A stretch of DNA of 63,721 nt, counting the filler, from Octopus bimaculoides (lineage: Eukaryota): the NCBI RefSeq assembly GCF_001194135.2. It is 6 parts of 6 records of this genome, joined end to end, with 100 filler letters (N's around TTAATTAATTAA, not from the genome) between each part and the next. Parts side by side here need not be neighbours in the genome. Positions count along the whole stretch, not along the records: positions 1 to 28,821 come from NC_068981.1; positions 28,922 to 46,553 come from NC_068992.1; 4 more parts are not named here. One strand, 5' to 3'. Positions 23,736 through 37,799 of the stretch are shown here, piece by piece. How positions within the stretch are numbered: the stretch's first letter is position 1; every line of letters begins with the position of its first letter. Both the position numbers and the translations under genes were made by a program. The notes under the pieces were generated by a model. It was not told where the DNA came from, did no database searches, and saw only the letters and a list, made by a program, of their open reading frames with translations.

Positions 23736-25958
23736 TACCTTTGCACAACTTCTAACGCTGGAGATGTACTACGGTGTCAGCTGTTCGCTACCAGTGAACT
23801 AAGGTAACACCTCTTATTTTTCGAGCACCTTCCAGAGTATTCGAGCAGTTCCAAGCAGTGCAGTTTTCTGCAAGTGCTCCACCCTGATTGCAGCCCCTAT
23901 TTGTTCCATGTACTTCTCGAAACTTTTGCCCACTGTTCCCAGGGCTCCGACAATTATTGGTACTACTACCACCTTTTTCATCAACCACAACTGCTTAACC
24001 TCCCAAGCTAACCTGTTATATCTCTCGACTTTTCTTTCTTCCTTATCGCATACCTTGTTGTCAGCTGGGCATGCTATATCTATGATCCAGCATAGTTTGT
24101 TCTCGTTCTCAATTAAGACTATATCTGGCTTCCTATTCTCTATCTCATGGTCGCACTGAATCATAAAATCCCATAGGATCTTTGCATTTCTATTTTAGAC
24201 GATGCCTTCAGGTTTGTGGTCGTACCAATTTTTTGCTTCGTCAAATCCATACTTGTTGCAAAGTGTCCAATGGACAAGCCTTGTTATATTGTCATGGCGT
24301 CTCTTATATTCCTTCTGGGTTAGTGGTGTACATTGACTGGTAATATGCCATACGGTTTCACTGTTTTGTTCACTTATCACTTTCTGCTGTGTTGTCTATT
24401 CTGTATTTTATATAGTTTGTTCTTAGTGCTTGCGTTTTCGGTTTTAAGTCACTTTTAGTCATCCACAGCCATCTTTTTTCTTTATCTGTCTTATCTTCAA
24501 CATCCCTATGAAATTGTCCATGCATTCTTTTCTTTACCCACCTATTTTCAGTTTCATTCGTTTTCAGTTTCTTGTATAGTGCTTTATCTTTGCAATCTTT
24601 CATCCTACACAAGCCTGACCTTCTTACTTCTAATAATAGCGGTTCAGTGGCATCTTTTACATACCATGCTATGTTGTTTTCTTTTGCTCTAATGCTGTGT
24701 TCACATCCAATAAGTCCTCTTTACCCTCTTTTTCTTGGTACATACAGTCTGCCTGTCTCACTTTTTGGGTGGAGTATCCCATATCTAGTCAGCAACTTCC
24801 TTGTCTTTCTGTCTAAGCTATTTAGTTTGTCTACCGTCCATGCGATTACCCCTACTCCATATCTAAGGAGTGAAACCGCCCAGGTATTGATAGCTTCGAT
24901 CTTATTCCATCCATTTAATTTCAACTTAAGGATCAGTCTCAGTCTGCGCGAGTACTCAACCTTAAATTTTTCTGTCATTTCTTTCTCCATCAATTTATCC
25001 ATTTCCAATATCCCCAAGTACTTATAGCCCATCTCTTCTATCTGCTTCATAACCTCCCCCGACAGTATTGTTAGCCCATCCATACATTTAATTTTGCCTC
25101 TCTTCAAGACTAACACACCACACTTTCTCAGTCCAAACTCCATCAGCACTGATATCAGCACTGAAGTTATACACCGTATCAACGTGGGAACTGACTTGGG
25201 ATTTAGCTTTACCATAAAGTTTGAGGTCATCCATGAATAACAAATGGCTGACTTTTTGTTGGTGGTTTTGAATACATACCCAGCTTTTGCTTTCCTCAGA
25301 ATCATTGTTAGTGGTATCAAGCACAGTACAAAGATCAGTGGGGACAGGCAGTCCCCTTGGAAGATGCCCCTCCTAATTTCTACTGTCCCTAAACTTCTTC
25401 CGAATGCTCTCAGGTCCGTCCTCGAATGCGTCATACTTTTCCAAACAATCGCTCAACATTTGATGCAATACCAAGTGGGTTCATACATTCCATAATCCAA
25501 GAATGTGGGATCATATCGTACGTCATACGACAGTCGATCCACGACATGGCTAAGTTAGTTTTTCCTCTTCTTGCAGTCTCTAAGTGCAGTTTTGTCTATT
25601 AGGAGTTGATCCTTGGTACCTCTGTACTTACGCCTGCAGCCTTTCTGCTCATGTGGCAGGACTCCATTTTTTCCCCAGATGTTCGTACATTGACTCTGCG
25701 TCTATTCCAGTCAATAACTTCCACATAAGTGTCAAACAGGATATCGGCCTCTAATTGTCTACCGTATTGGCTTCTTCGATGTTTTTCAGGCACAGCACTG
25801 TCCTACCCATTGTCAACCACTCTGGTGTTACTTGGTCGGCATTTAACAAGGTGTTCAGTTGCGCAGCTATTCGTGCATGACATTCACCAAATCTTTTGAT
25901 CCAGTAGCCTTGAACTCCATCTGGTCCCGGGGCCTCCCAGTTGCCCATTTTTTTTTTT
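23734..25958 (-). pseudogene. R4/Dong-type non-LTR retrotransposon (RT, thumb, RLE, 3' UTR), frameshifted
   Basis: WEAPGPDGVQGYWIK, RRGIFQGDCLSPLIFVL, HLLFMDDLKLYGK, YKYLGILE, ENRKPDIVLIE...DIACP; 5' part runs into gap. Confidence 0.92.
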
Positions 25959-26394
25959 NNNNNNNNNNNNNNNNNNNNNNNNNNNNNNNNNNNNNNNNNN
26001 NNNNNNNNNNNNNNNNNNNNNNNNNNNNNNNNNNNNNNNNNNNNNNNNNNNNNNNNNNNNNNNNNNNNNNNNNNNNNNNNNNNNNNNNNNNNNNNNNNNN
26101 NNNNNNNNNNNNNNNNNNNNNNNNNNNNNNNNNNNNNNNNNNNNNNNNNNNNNNNNNNNNNNNNNNNNNNNNNNNNNNNNNNNNNNNNNNNNNNNNNNNN
26201 NNNNNNNNNNNNNNNNNNNNNNNNNNNNNNNNNNNNNNNNNNNNNNNNNNNNNNNNNNNNNNNNNNNNNNNNNNNNNNNNNNNNNNNNNNNNNNNNNNNN
26301 NNNNNNNNNNNNNNNNNNNNNNNNNNNNNNNNNNNNNNNNNNNNNNNNNNNNNNNNNNNNNNNNNNNNNNNNNNNNNNNNNNNNNNNNNNNNNN

Positions 26395-26436
<42 letters not shown>

Positions 26437-26446
26437 ACATATACAT

Positions 26447-26620
26447 ACACGCTATCTGAATTACCCGGCGTTGCCCGGGTTACTGCTGTTCTTATTCAGA
26501 TTAGCAAACAATAAATTTTATTTTTCTCATAATTATTTCAAAATATCTATATTTTATTTTAAAATATCCAAATTTTAATGATAACAGAACCTAGAACTGA
26601 AAAGCTGTCGATCTTGAATC
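26447..26620 (-). mobile_element. Helitron-like 3' terminus
   Basis: Reverse strand has hairpin CCCGG-GCAACG-CCGGG shortly before a CTAG-like end (mutated to ATAG). Confidence 0.5.
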
Positions 26621-27654
26621 ACCTCAGGGTAAACGATATTCATTGTGTAACTTTTTGTTGGTGTCCAAGTGAATAAATTGTTGCTGTCTTGAGCAACCAA
26701 TATAGAGTTGGCTGAGGGAGAAGAATGTAGTAGAGAGATAAAGCAGAACTACCTTGTGTGCAATTCCCAGGCCAGGCGACGCGTTATCTTCTTGAGCAAA
26801 ACACTTCACTTCACGATGTTCGCTGCTGTAAATTGCTAACCTTGTGACCGAATAGCCTTCTGATCAGGGAAAATGTTGGCCTGCTCACCTAACCAGCAGA
26901 GTGGTATCCTTCGAAAGCTAAAAGAATGTGAGGCGCATTGTGACCAGTGAGATACAACAACATCCGATAGTCTGCTCGATCACATAGTCACGTGATGTCA
27001 GGAACTACGATTGATTGTTCACTTCGAATTTTTGCAGTTTTCATAAAAGGTAACACAAGCCACTCACACAGATGGAAGAAAACCTTTGCCATCAGTCGCA
27101 AGCACTTATGACATGGTGATGGTGATGCCAACTTTGGTGGTAGTTAGAAAATGACATAAGCTTGTCTTGTAACTTTTCATTATTATCCTCTTTTATAAAA
27201 AGAAAAAAAGAAAACGGAAAGCATTTTGTTTAAAGAATCAACTGCTGTCTGTCCGTTGGTGATCGGCTGTCGTCTGGTTATTTCTACAAATGTCTGCAAG
27301 ACAAACGAGTGTTTGCAGAATCAGATAATATATTGAAGTAATCCAGCATCAGACAAAATATATTCTTTATGTTTTTGACCGAAATAATTGATGCAATTGA
27401 TGTCTATGAACGAAACATGGCCATCACTGGCGAACGAGTTTTGAAAGAGTGTTACACTTGGTATTGTTAATTGTTAAAGGTGTAAATGTAGACGCGTGGA
27501 GAGAGATACACTCTTAGCCCTCACATCCTTGAGCCAGTGGAGCATCGAAGATCTGACAGCTGGAAGGAGAGAGAGACAGACAGAAGACAGACAGAGAGAA
27601 AAGGTACCAGTAATAAGGTGATACTCTTTTACAGTTGGAGTGTTAAGATTCTAT

Positions 27655-27942
27655 CTATCTGTCCATTTATCTATCTATCTGTCTGTTAGTCTATCTATCT
27701 GTCTGTCTGTCTGTCTGCCTATCTATTTATCTATTTTGTCTGTCTGTCTATCTATCTACCTATCTATCTGTCTGCCTATCTATCTATTTATTTATCTATC
27801 TGTCTGTCTGCTTGTCTATCTTTCTATGTATCTATCTGTCTATTTGTATATCTGTCTTTCTGCTCGTCTCTCTCTCTCTCTTATCTATGTATTTGTCTGT
27901 CTGTCTGTCTATCTGTCTGTCTGTCTGTCTGTCTGTCTATCC

Positions 27943-27982
<40 letters not shown>

Positions 27983-27983
27983 G

Positions 27984-28032
<49 letters not shown>
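27655..28032. repeat. Compound (TATC)n/(TGTC)n microsatellite
   Basis: Direct inspection; source of spurious ORFs. Confidence 0.95.
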
Positions 28033-28256
28033 TTCCGCCACCACCACCACCCCTTACATCCATTCACCCAACTCTTACAATCTGAACACAACAGCTTCTG
28101 TACTTTTGTGAAGTCATTCATTCCCCCCTCTCTCTCTTCCTTTCTTCATTTCCCCCCTCTCATTCTTACCTTTCTTCTCTTTCTCCCTCTTCTCTCTCTC
28201 TCATAGCTAAATATGTACAGCTGCCGTTAGTGCAGTCATTGACATCAGGATGAAAG

Positions 28257-28343
<87 letters not shown>

Positions 28344-28821
28344 CATGCACACACACACATGTATGTATATACAGAGAGAGCTTCAGCTGCTGGTGTTAAC
28401 TGAGCCTCCAAGACCGGATCAGGAAGATATCTGTAAATTGGAAATCCATCCTGAATGCTTGCTGCTACAGAGACTTCACTAAAAATCACCCAATCTGCCA
28501 GGTGGTGGAATTACACTGGGTGAAGGTAAACATTGAAAAGCAGACCAGCCGTGGCCATTGAAAAGGTGAAAACAAGCAATGTTAATTCTGTAAATGAAGT
28601 ATTAACAGTAACTGCACGATAAAGTGTAGTATATTGCCACTTAAGTGTGGCTGACCCCTAGGGGTGGATGTTACTGTTGCTTTTAGCCCCAGGAGGACAT
28701 CTCCTCCAGCTGGCTTATCGACACACGACTGTGTCCTGTTTGCCAAGGGAAGTTATCCCTCTCACCTCGATCTGCAGCACGAACGTATCCGGATTTCAGG
28801 GTTATTTCCCTTCGTCGGCGT

Positions 28822-28921
28822 NNNNNNNNNNNNNNNNNNNNNNNNNNNNNNNNNNNNNNNNNNNNTTAATTAATTAANNNNNNNNNNNNNNNNNNNNNNN
28901 NNNNNNNNNNNNNNNNNNNNN
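28822..28921. other. Artificial 100-bp linker 44N-TTAATTAATTAA-44N (also 46554-46653, 52072-52171, 58869-58968, 62536-62635)
   Basis: Identical length and structure five times; TTAATTAATTAA gives stops in all six frames. Confidence 0.95.
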
Positions 28922-29168
28922 GTATATATATATGTGTGTTTATATATATATATATATGTGTATATATATATATATATATGTAAATACACACACACGCACG
29001 CACACAACACACACAACACACACATTATTTGTTGATGTATATGCGACTCAAGGGCTTCATCCATCGTGGACTGGCACAAAACCTATGCTCGGGTCACTTA
29101 TGTATCTAATAATGAACCATTTAATTTCTATTTTATATATTGAGATCTATATTTTTTCTTTGTGCCAC

Positions 29169-29232
<64 letters not shown>

Positions 29233-29725
29233 ATACATATATTCATATATATATGTAAAAATATATCTATATATGTAATATATATATATACATATATATA
29301 CGCATACATGTATATATAAAATATATATATATACATACATACATATACGTATATNNNNNNNNNNNNNNNNNNNNNNNNNNNNNNNNNNNNNNNNNNNNNN
29401 NNNNNNNNNNNNNNNNNNNNNNNNNNNNNNNNNNNNNNNNNNNNNNNNNNNNNNNNNNNNNNNNNNNNNNNNNNNNNNNNNNNNNNNNNNNNNNNNNNNN
29501 NNNNNNNNNNNNNNNNNNNNNNNNNNNNNNNNNNNNNNNNNNNNNNNNNNNNNNNNNNNNNNNNNNNNNNNNNNNNNNNNNNNNNNNNNNNNNNNNNNNN
29601 NNNNNNNNNNNNNNNNNNNNNNNNNNNNNNNNNNNNNNNNNNNNNNNNNNNNNNNNNNNNNNNNNNNNNNNNNNNNNNNNNNNNNNNNNNNNNNNNNNNN
29701 NNNNNNNNNNNNNNNNNNNNNNNNN

Positions 29726-29797
<72 letters not shown>

Positions 29798-29997
29798 ATG
29801 TATGTATGCTTGTATGTATTTCGCAACCAAGACTTCCGACGAACGGGAACGTGAAGCTCTGAGTAACAGTTTATGTGATGTCTTTGCAGCTTTATTCATA
29901 AAGCATATTACTCCATCTTCGGTAGTCAAGTACTGTCTCTTCCACCTTATTGTTCATTTATGTGCTTACTCTGGTATATATACGAGTCTATGTATAT

Positions 29998-30140
29998 ATG
30001 ACGGGCTTCTTTCAGTTTCCGTTTACTAAATCCACTCTCAAGGCTTTGGTCGGCCCGAGGCCATAGTAGAAGACTCTAGTAAAGGTTCCACGAAGTGGGA
30101 CTGAACCCGGAACCATGTGGTTGGTAAGCAAGCTACCTAC
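29998..30140 (-). mobile_element. SINE C 5' half
   Basis: CGACGGGCTTCTTTCAGTTTCCGT...GGAACCATGTGGTTGGTAAGC. Confidence 0.8.
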
Positions 30141-30162
30141 ACAACCTCTCTTGTACCTATAT

Positions 30163-30194
<32 letters not shown>

Positions 30195-30195
30195 T

Positions 30196-30242
<47 letters not shown>

Positions 30243-30439
30243 TTTACACAACTCTCTTTATTCAATAGCTAATTGGGCCTTAGCATAAAATTAATTAACT
30301 CGTGATTTGCGCAGATTAAATAGGAAAATGTAATCATGTTCATCGAGGTATTTAATGCAAGTTTGTTTGATAATAATTGCACAGACACACACATGCTCAC
30401 ACCCATCCACCTACCCACCCACACGTACACACACACATG

Positions 30440-30474
<35 letters not shown>

Positions 30475-30686
30475 GTACACATACATACATGACAGTGAAA
30501 CGGACACGCTCCTTACCGATACACACATTACTCGTTTCTCTCTCGTGTATGTTTGAGTGTGTACATGTGTGTATACCCATATATCTGTATATATGTAATA
30601 TATGTATTTGTGAATGTATGTATATTTACATGTCTGTGTTCACACACACACATATATATTTACACATATATATATATATACATACA

Positions 30687-30717
<31 letters not shown>

Positions 30718-32067
30718 NNNNNNNNNNNNNNNNNNNNNNNNNNNNNNNNNNNNNNNNNNNNNNNNNNNNNNNNNNNNNNNNNNNNNNNNNNNNNNNNNNN
30801 NNNNNNNNNNNNNNNNNNNNNNNNNNNNNNNNNNNNNNNNNNNNNNNNNNNNNNNNNNNNNNNNNNNNNNNNNNNNNNNNNNNNNNNNNNNNNNNNNNNN
30901 NNNNNNNNNNNNNNNNNNNNNNNNNNNNNNNNNNNNNNNNNNNNNNNNNNNNNNNNNNNNNNNNNNNNNNNNNNNNNNNNNNNNNNNNNNNNNNNNNNNN
31001 NNNNNNNNNNNNNNNNNNNNNNNNNNNNNNNNNNNNNNNNNNNNNNNNNNNNNNNNNNNNNNNNNNNNNNNNNNNNNNNNNNNNNNNNNNNNNNNNNNNN
31101 NNNNNNNNNNNNNNNNNNNNNNNNNNNNNNNNNNNNNNNNNNNNNNNNNNNNNNNNNNNNNNNNNNNNNNNNNNNNNNNNNNNNNNNNNNNNNNNNNNNN
31201 NNNNNNNNNNNNNNNNNNNNNNNNNNNNNNNNNNNNNNNNNNNNNNNNNNNNNNNNNNNNNNNNNNNNNNNNNNNNNNNNNNNNNNNNNNNNNNNNNNNN
31301 NNNNNNNNNNNNNNNNNNNNNNNNNNNNNNNNNNNNNNNNNNNNNNNNNNNNNNNNNNNNNNNNNNNNNNNNNNNNNNNNNNNNNNNNNNNNNNNNNNNN
31401 NNNNNNNNNNNNNNNNNNNNNNNNNNNNNNNNNNNNNNNNNNNNNNNNNNNNNNNNNNNNNNNNNNNNNNNNNNNNNNNNNNNNNNNNNNNNNNNNNNNN
31501 NNNNNNNNNNNNNNNNNNNNNNNNNNNNNNNNNNNNNNNNNNNNNNNNNNNNNNNNNNNNNNNNNNNNNNNNNNNNNNNATATATATATATATATATATA
31601 TACACTGTATATATAGATACATGTTTCAGTGTGAAAGTGTCTGTGTTCCTCTGTAAATTATTAATTACTTTACTGCTTTACAAGCTTTTCATTACTATTA
31701 ATGAAAAGTAATCTTGGAAAAAAAAAATTGATAAAAGCGAACTATGATTACATAAATACCACACTATTAATTAGCTTTCTCCACCTTCACTTTCAACCTG
31801 TTTGATGAGACATCAAACGAAGTGGTTACGCTGGTGTTGGTGGTCGTAGTGGTGAGAAATTCCTTGGGCTGCTGCTGTATGAAAAAGTAATAGTGAAGTG
31901 GTCACTACTTATATGGTGACTATTATACAGTGTTATATTTGGGGTTGTGTTGTCAGTTTGGTTCTTATTGTTATAGCAGTTTAGGGATCGTGCCTTGTAT
32001 GTGCTTGTACTTTTATGTGTGTGTGTGTGTGTGTGTGTGTTTGCGTGTATGTGTGCGTGTGTGTGTG

Positions 32068-32106
<39 letters not shown>

Positions 32107-32837
32107 CAAATTAGAACGGTAAAGATTTATCAATTTATTAATTTATTAATAAATCAACAATTAATAATTTTTACCAAGCCCTTCGGTATGTAAGCACCAT
32201 TATCGGTGGAGAAATGCTTGCTGATCCCTTAATTATGTTTATAAATATATATATATANNNNNNNNNNNNNNNNNNNNNNNNNNNNNNNNNNNNNNNNNNN
32301 NNNNNNNNNNNNNNNNNNNNNNNNNNNNNNNNNNNNNNNNNNNNNNNNNNNNNNNNNNNNNNNNNNNNNNNNNNNNNNNNNNNNNNNNNNNNNNNNNNNN
32401 NNNNNNNNNNNNNNNNNNNNNNNNNNNNNNNNNNNNNNNNNNNNNNNNNNNNNNNNNNNNNNNNNNNNNNNNNNNNNNNNNNNNNNNNNNNNNNNNNNNN
32501 NNNNNNNNNNNNNNNNNNNNNNNNNNNNNNNNNNNNNNNNNNNNNNNNNNNNNNNNNNNNNNNNNNNNNNNNNNNNNNNNNNNNNNNNNNNNNNNNNNNN
32601 NNNNNNNNNNNNNNNNNNNNNNNNNNNNNNNNNNNNNNGAAGACACTTGTGTATTGTGCCACGCAGTAGTATTGAACCTCGAGCCATGTGGTTGGAATGC
32701 AAACTTCTTACAACACTGCCACGCATATATATTTAAAGCTGTATGTGCTTCGAGATCCACTGTTCCAAAAAGAGAATTATTTAACATTCTCCTAAGTTTA
32801 TGAATTCCCTCTTTCTCATTTTCTCTCTCTGTCTCTC

Positions 32838-32891
<54 letters not shown>

Positions 32892-32934
32892 GTATAAATA
32901 CATATTGAAAGAAAAAGGAATTAAAGAATCCATG

Positions 32935-33411
32935 GGAATGCTTTATAAGGACCCCTTCCAATCTTCTCCAGTGGGTGAGTAATTAAAGAAGACTATTTAT
33001 GGAAGCTGGGGCTCCTTGTCACACGGCTAAAATGACCCAAGATTTGTTAGATGAGAATGGCGTTAAAAATCTTCCACGGCAAAGCCAGTCACAAGATACG
33101 AACCCTATTGAAACACCTCTGGGACATAATGGACAGGGCACTTCATGAAAAGAACAAGAAAACCTCTTCAAAACCAGGTCTTTTGAGATTACTGCATGAA
33201 ACTTGGCAAGAAATTCCGCAAGAGAATATTCGTCATCTGACCAGTAACATGCCTAATAGGGTCCTTGCATTGAAAAATGCAAGGAGCATGTCTACTAAAT
33301 ATTAAATATTCAGATTATAACAATTAATAAATAATTTGAATGCATAATTTCAGATTTAAATAAATTCTAATGATTATAAGGGTGTCTGTTTATTTCTGTC
33401 ATGTCTGTGTA
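32935..33411 (+). pseudogene. Tc1-family transposase 3' remnant with right TIR
   Basis: Across frameshifts: MEAGAPCHTAKMTQDLLDENGV, DTNPIE, LWDIMDRAL, TWQEIPQENIRHLTSNMPNRVLALKNARSMSTKY*; ends ...GTCATGTCTGTG|TA. Confidence 0.85.
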
Positions 33412-33484
33412 CATAGAATAAAAAAAAAAAACACACACACACACACACACAAAAGAATGGAATTACATTTATGATTTATTGCTC

Positions 33485-33980
33485 CTTTACTCTTTTACTT
33501 GTTTCAGCCATTTGACTGCGGCCATGCTGAAGCACCGCCTTTAGTCGAGCAAATCGACCCCGGGACTTATTCTTTGTAAGCCTAGTAGTACTTATTCTAT
33601 CAGTGTCTTTTGCTGAACCGCTAAGTTACGGGGACGTAAACACACCACCATCGGTTGTCAAGCGATGTTGGGGNNNNNNNNNNNNNNNNNNNNNNNNNNN
33701 NNNNNNNNNNNNNNNNNNNNNNNNNNNNNNNNNNNNNNNNNNNNNNNNNNNNNNNNNNNNNNNNNNNNNNNNNNNNNNNNNNNNNNNNNNNNNNNNNNNN
33801 NNNNNNNATATATATATATATATATATACAACAGGCTTCTTTCAGTTTCCGTCTACCAAATCCACTCACAAGGTTTTGGTCGGCCCGTGGCTATAGTAGA
33901 AGACACTTGCCCAAGGTGCCATGCAGTAGGATTGAACCCGGAACCATGTGGCTGGTAAGCAAGTTACTTACCACACAGCC
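33485..33980 (-). mobile_element. SINE C/D spanning a gap
   Basis: D half 33485-33673, C half 33832-33980. Confidence 0.8.
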
Positions 33981-34009
33981 ATCGTTAATTTTTTCGTTAA
34001 TTTACCAAT

Positions 34010-34560
34010 TTTACTCAGTTTCTTGGTCATTTAGTTGTTCTGAGACCATGTCATCGTTATGGGTCTTGTCCTTTGTCAGCTTCTTTAATGGCTATAGAAG
34101 AATCTTCCTGTAGACATTCCGACATTCCGATGACTTTTGTTCTTCAATCGTAACGTTTGCTTTTTATATGGTTTGTTGGAACGTTTGAATTTCTTTATCT
34201 TTTCAGACACATTATGTATTCCTCTAAGTGTTTATTCCTATTCATTAACGGTTTAAACCCTATTTTATTTTTTCTCAGGTGATAAATTTTCGTCGTGTTT
34301 CTTTTGAAAGAATATCCGTAGACGAAGTTTTCTCTATAATTCCTCAGTATCTTTTATAAGACCAGCTGTGTCAGGTTTGGGAGCTGGTATGAATTTAAGT
34401 CCATATTCCAGAATTTTTTCTTTTCATTTTCCATGAAGTTTCTCTGTGAGAGGTTTATGCTTTTGGGTCAGTTTGTTCACTATTTCTTTGACTCTTTGTG
34501 TCTTTTCAGCTTTATGTCGTATCTATTTGGATCTCCTGTTCCTTAGAAAAAATATTTCTT
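34010..34560 (-). pseudogene. Penelope-like element ORF N-terminal remnant
   Basis: Reverse translation KILEYGLKFIPAPKP...*RKLRLRIFF, GFKPLMNRNKHLEEYI, LQEDSSIAIKEADKG; GLKFxPxP, RKLRL and IKxADKG are typical PLE motifs. Confidence 0.75.
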
Positions 34561-34959
34561 GTTCCTCGAGCCACTGGTACTCTATTTATTTTCAGGCCTC
34601 AGTCATTGAACTGCAGCCATTGGTGGGGCACAGCTTTGGAGGGTTGAGTCGAACAAATCTACCACAGTACATTTATTTTTTAATAAATTACATACTATAT
34701 CGTTCTCTTTTGGCGAACCGCTAATTTATGGGGAGTCAGGCCATTGCTATAGTAGAACGTACTTACCCAAGGCATTGCGCGGTGCGACTGCACTCAGAAT
34801 GAATTATTTGCAAAGCAAGCTTCTCAAACAGACAGCAAGAGATACATACATACATACATACATACACACACAAGTATACATACATACATACATACATACA
34901 CACACAAGTATACATACATACATACATACATACATACATACATACATACATTTGTTATT

Positions 34960-35470
34960 AAATCCATTATCATTCCGGCTACAAAAGTCAAATGGATACA
35001 TGCTATGGTCTGCAACTGCTAGAGATATTAATGTAACCCATGATTTCTTGGAGGATAACCTCAAGATTTATGCTAAAAATGTTAACAATGCCAAAAACAA
35101 CAAAAAAAAAAGCAATTGGAATTAATAACATTCTCAGTTGTCACAGAGATGGAATTTGGTTGTTAAATATGGAAAATCAGTTCTCCAGATCAAAAACCCG
35201 AGTATTAATGGTCTCACTATAGCTCCTGCCCCACACAAAGAATACTATAAGTACCTAGACATTGATGTAAACACAGTATGTGAAACTCCTATGGATAAAG
35301 AGAGAGTGGCCCGAGAATACTACGCCAGAAAAATATGGCTGTCGGAAATGTTTTCCAACAAAATAATATCCCACAATGCATTTGCAGTATTGATTCCAAC
35401 ATTTGTGCTACTTGATTGGTCTGTGGAGAAATCCACTCTGTTAACATTAAAACCCGAAAGATACTGACAT
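34960..35470 (+). pseudogene. Degenerate R4/Dong-type RT/thumb fragment (second subfamily)
   Basis: VTHDFLEDNLKIYAK (for F.DDLKLYA), YYKYLDID, KERVAREY, KIISHNAFAV...LDWSV. Confidence 0.7.
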
Positions 35471-35479
35471 CAACTGGAA

Positions 35480-35640
35480 ATTTCTACAGAAATAGTCGTT
35501 TGAGGTTTCCGTTAGATTTGCAGACCTTATGGCATACATGGCATTGCCAGATAGGCTGAGTAGTTAGTGGAGGTTCGTTTTTCATGAGTCTGCAAATGAG
35601 ATTTGAGCCCAGCAAAAGAAAGGCATGGTCTGTCACGAAT
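35480..35640 (-). pseudogene. LINE C-terminal zinc-finger-like remnant (probably RTE group)
   Basis: Reverse translations CTIRDRPCLSFAGLKSHLQTH and CHVCHKVCKSNGNLKR. Confidence 0.5.
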
Positions 35641-35685
35641 TGTGCACACATACATGCATACATACATACATGCATACATACATTT

Positions 35686-35962
35686 TGTTGTTGGCACTCC
35701 CTCGCTTACGACGTCGAGGGTTCCAGTTGATCCGACCAACGGAACAGCCTGCTCGTGAAATTAACGTGCAAGTGGCTGAGCACTCCACAGACACGTGTAC
35801 CCTTAACGTAGTTCTCGGGGATATTCAGCGTGATACAGTGTGACAAGGCTGACCCTTTGAATTACAGGCACAGCAGAAACAGGAAGTAAGAGCGAGAGAA
35901 AGTTGTGGTGGAAGAGTACAGCAGGGTTCGCCACCATCCCCTGCCGGAGCCTCGTGGAGCTT
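35686..35962 (-). mobile_element. Family B 3' tail joined to a different 5' segment
   Basis: 35686-35870 matches the B tail; 35870-35962 differs from the tRNA heads at 2160 and 44278. Confidence 0.7.
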
Positions 35963-37010
35963 NNNNNNNNNNNNNNNNNNNNNNNNNNNNNNNNNNNNNN
36001 NNNNNNNNNNNNNNNNNNNNNNNNNNNNNNNNNNNNNNNNNNNNNNNNNNNNNNNNNNNNNNNNNNNNNNNNNNNNNNNNNNNNNNNNNNNNNNNNNNNN
36101 NNNNNNNNNNNNNNNNNNNNNNNNNNNNNNNNNNNNNNNNNNNNNNNNNNNNNNNNNNNNNNNNNNNNNNNNNNNNNNNNNNNNNNNNNNNNNNNNNNNN
36201 NNNNNNNNNNNNNNNNNNNNNNNNNNNNNNNNNNNNNNNNNNNNNNNNNNNNNNNNNNNNNNNNNNNNNNNNNNNNNNNNNNNNNNNNNNNNNNNNNNNN
36301 NNNNNNNNNNNNNNNNNNNNNNNNNNNNNNNNNNNNNNNNNNNNNNNNNNNNNNNNNNNNNNNNNNNNNNNNNNNNNNNNNNNNNNNNNNNNNNNNNNNN
36401 NNNNNNNNNNNNNNNNNNNNNNNNNNNNNNNNNNNNNNNNNNNNNNNNNNNNNNNNNNNNNNNNNNNNNNNNNNNNNNNNNNNNNNNNNNNNNNNNNNNN
36501 NNNNNNNNNNNNNNNNNNNNNNNNNNNNNNNNNNNNNNNNNNNNNNNNNNNNNNNNNNNNNNNNNNNNNNNNNNNNNNNNNNNNNNNNNNNNNNNNNNNN
36601 NNNNNNNNNNNNNNNNNNNNNNNNNNNNNNNNNNNNNNNNNNNNNNNNNNNNNNNNNNNNNNNNNNNNNNNNNNNNNNNNNNNNNNNNNNNNNNNNNNNN
36701 NNNNNNNNNNNNNNNNCAGAAGGCTAAGAATAAGGGTGAGAGATACAGTTAAAACAAGATAACATGAAGGATAGAAGAAAAAGAAAAGATGTAGAGCAGT
36801 AGATTTATCTCTATCTATCTATCATTATATGTATCTATCTAAATATCTATATATCCATCTTCCTATCATTATATCTGTCTATCTATCTATCTGTCTATCT
36901 ATCGACCGATCTCTCTATCTGTTTGGGCATGACTATCTATGTATCTAACTATCTATCTCATTCTCATATTATATGTATGTGTGCGTGTATGATGTGTGTG
37001 CACGCGCCTT

Positions 37011-37078
<68 letters not shown>

Positions 37079-37177
37079 ACTGTCTATGTCTCATCAGATA
37101 GATAGATAGATCTATATTAAAGAGCAAAAATTGAACTAGCAAGACGCAATGATAATTCAAATATAATTGCAGAAATA

Positions 37178-37392
37178 AGGCGGCGAACTGGCAGAGACGT
37201 TAGCACGCCGGGCGAAATGCTTAGCGGTATTTCGTGTGTCTTTACGTTCTGAGTTCAAATTCCGCTGGGGTCGACTATGCCTTTCATCCTTTCGGGGGTT
37301 GATAAATTAAGTACCAGCTGCGTACTGAAGCCGGTCAAATCGACTGGCCCCACTCCCCAAACATTTCGGGCCTTGTGCTAGAGTAGAAAAGA
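37178..37392 (+). mobile_element. Full SINE family A with 19-bp TSD
   Basis: TSD AAATATAATTGCAGAAATA at 37159-37177 and 37393-37411. Confidence 0.9.
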
Positions 37393-37597
37393 AAATATAA
37401 TTGCAGAAATATTAAGGATACTTACCTCACTATTTATCCTTTTTTCGCTTCACCGAAATAAAATTGAATCACGGAAAGAAACTAACGGATAAATATATAT
37501 ATATGTATCGATGGGAGTATGCGAGTCTGTCTGCGTATGTATTTTATATATATATATATATATGTATATGTGTATGTATATATATATATATATATAT

Positions 37598-37799
37598 ATA
37601 TTCTTTTACATGTTTCAGTCATTTGACTGCAGCCATGCTGGAGCACCGCCTTTAGTCGATCAATTCGACACCAGGACTTATTCTTTGTAAGCCTAGTACT
37701 TATTCTATCGGTCTCTTTTGCCGAACCGCTAATTTATGGGGCCGTAAACACACCAGCATCGGTTGTCAAGTGATGTTGGGGGAGACACAAACAAACACA
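37598..37799 (-). mobile_element. SINE C/D 3' half
   Basis: TTTCAGTCATTTGACTGCAGCCATGCTGGAGCACCGCC... Confidence 0.8.

Noticed and set aside
27280-27325. Short hairpins (also 1473-1515, 38887-38942, 50810-50840) considered as pre-miRNAs
   Set aside because: Stems of only about 8-13 bp, too short for a Drosha/Dicer precursor.
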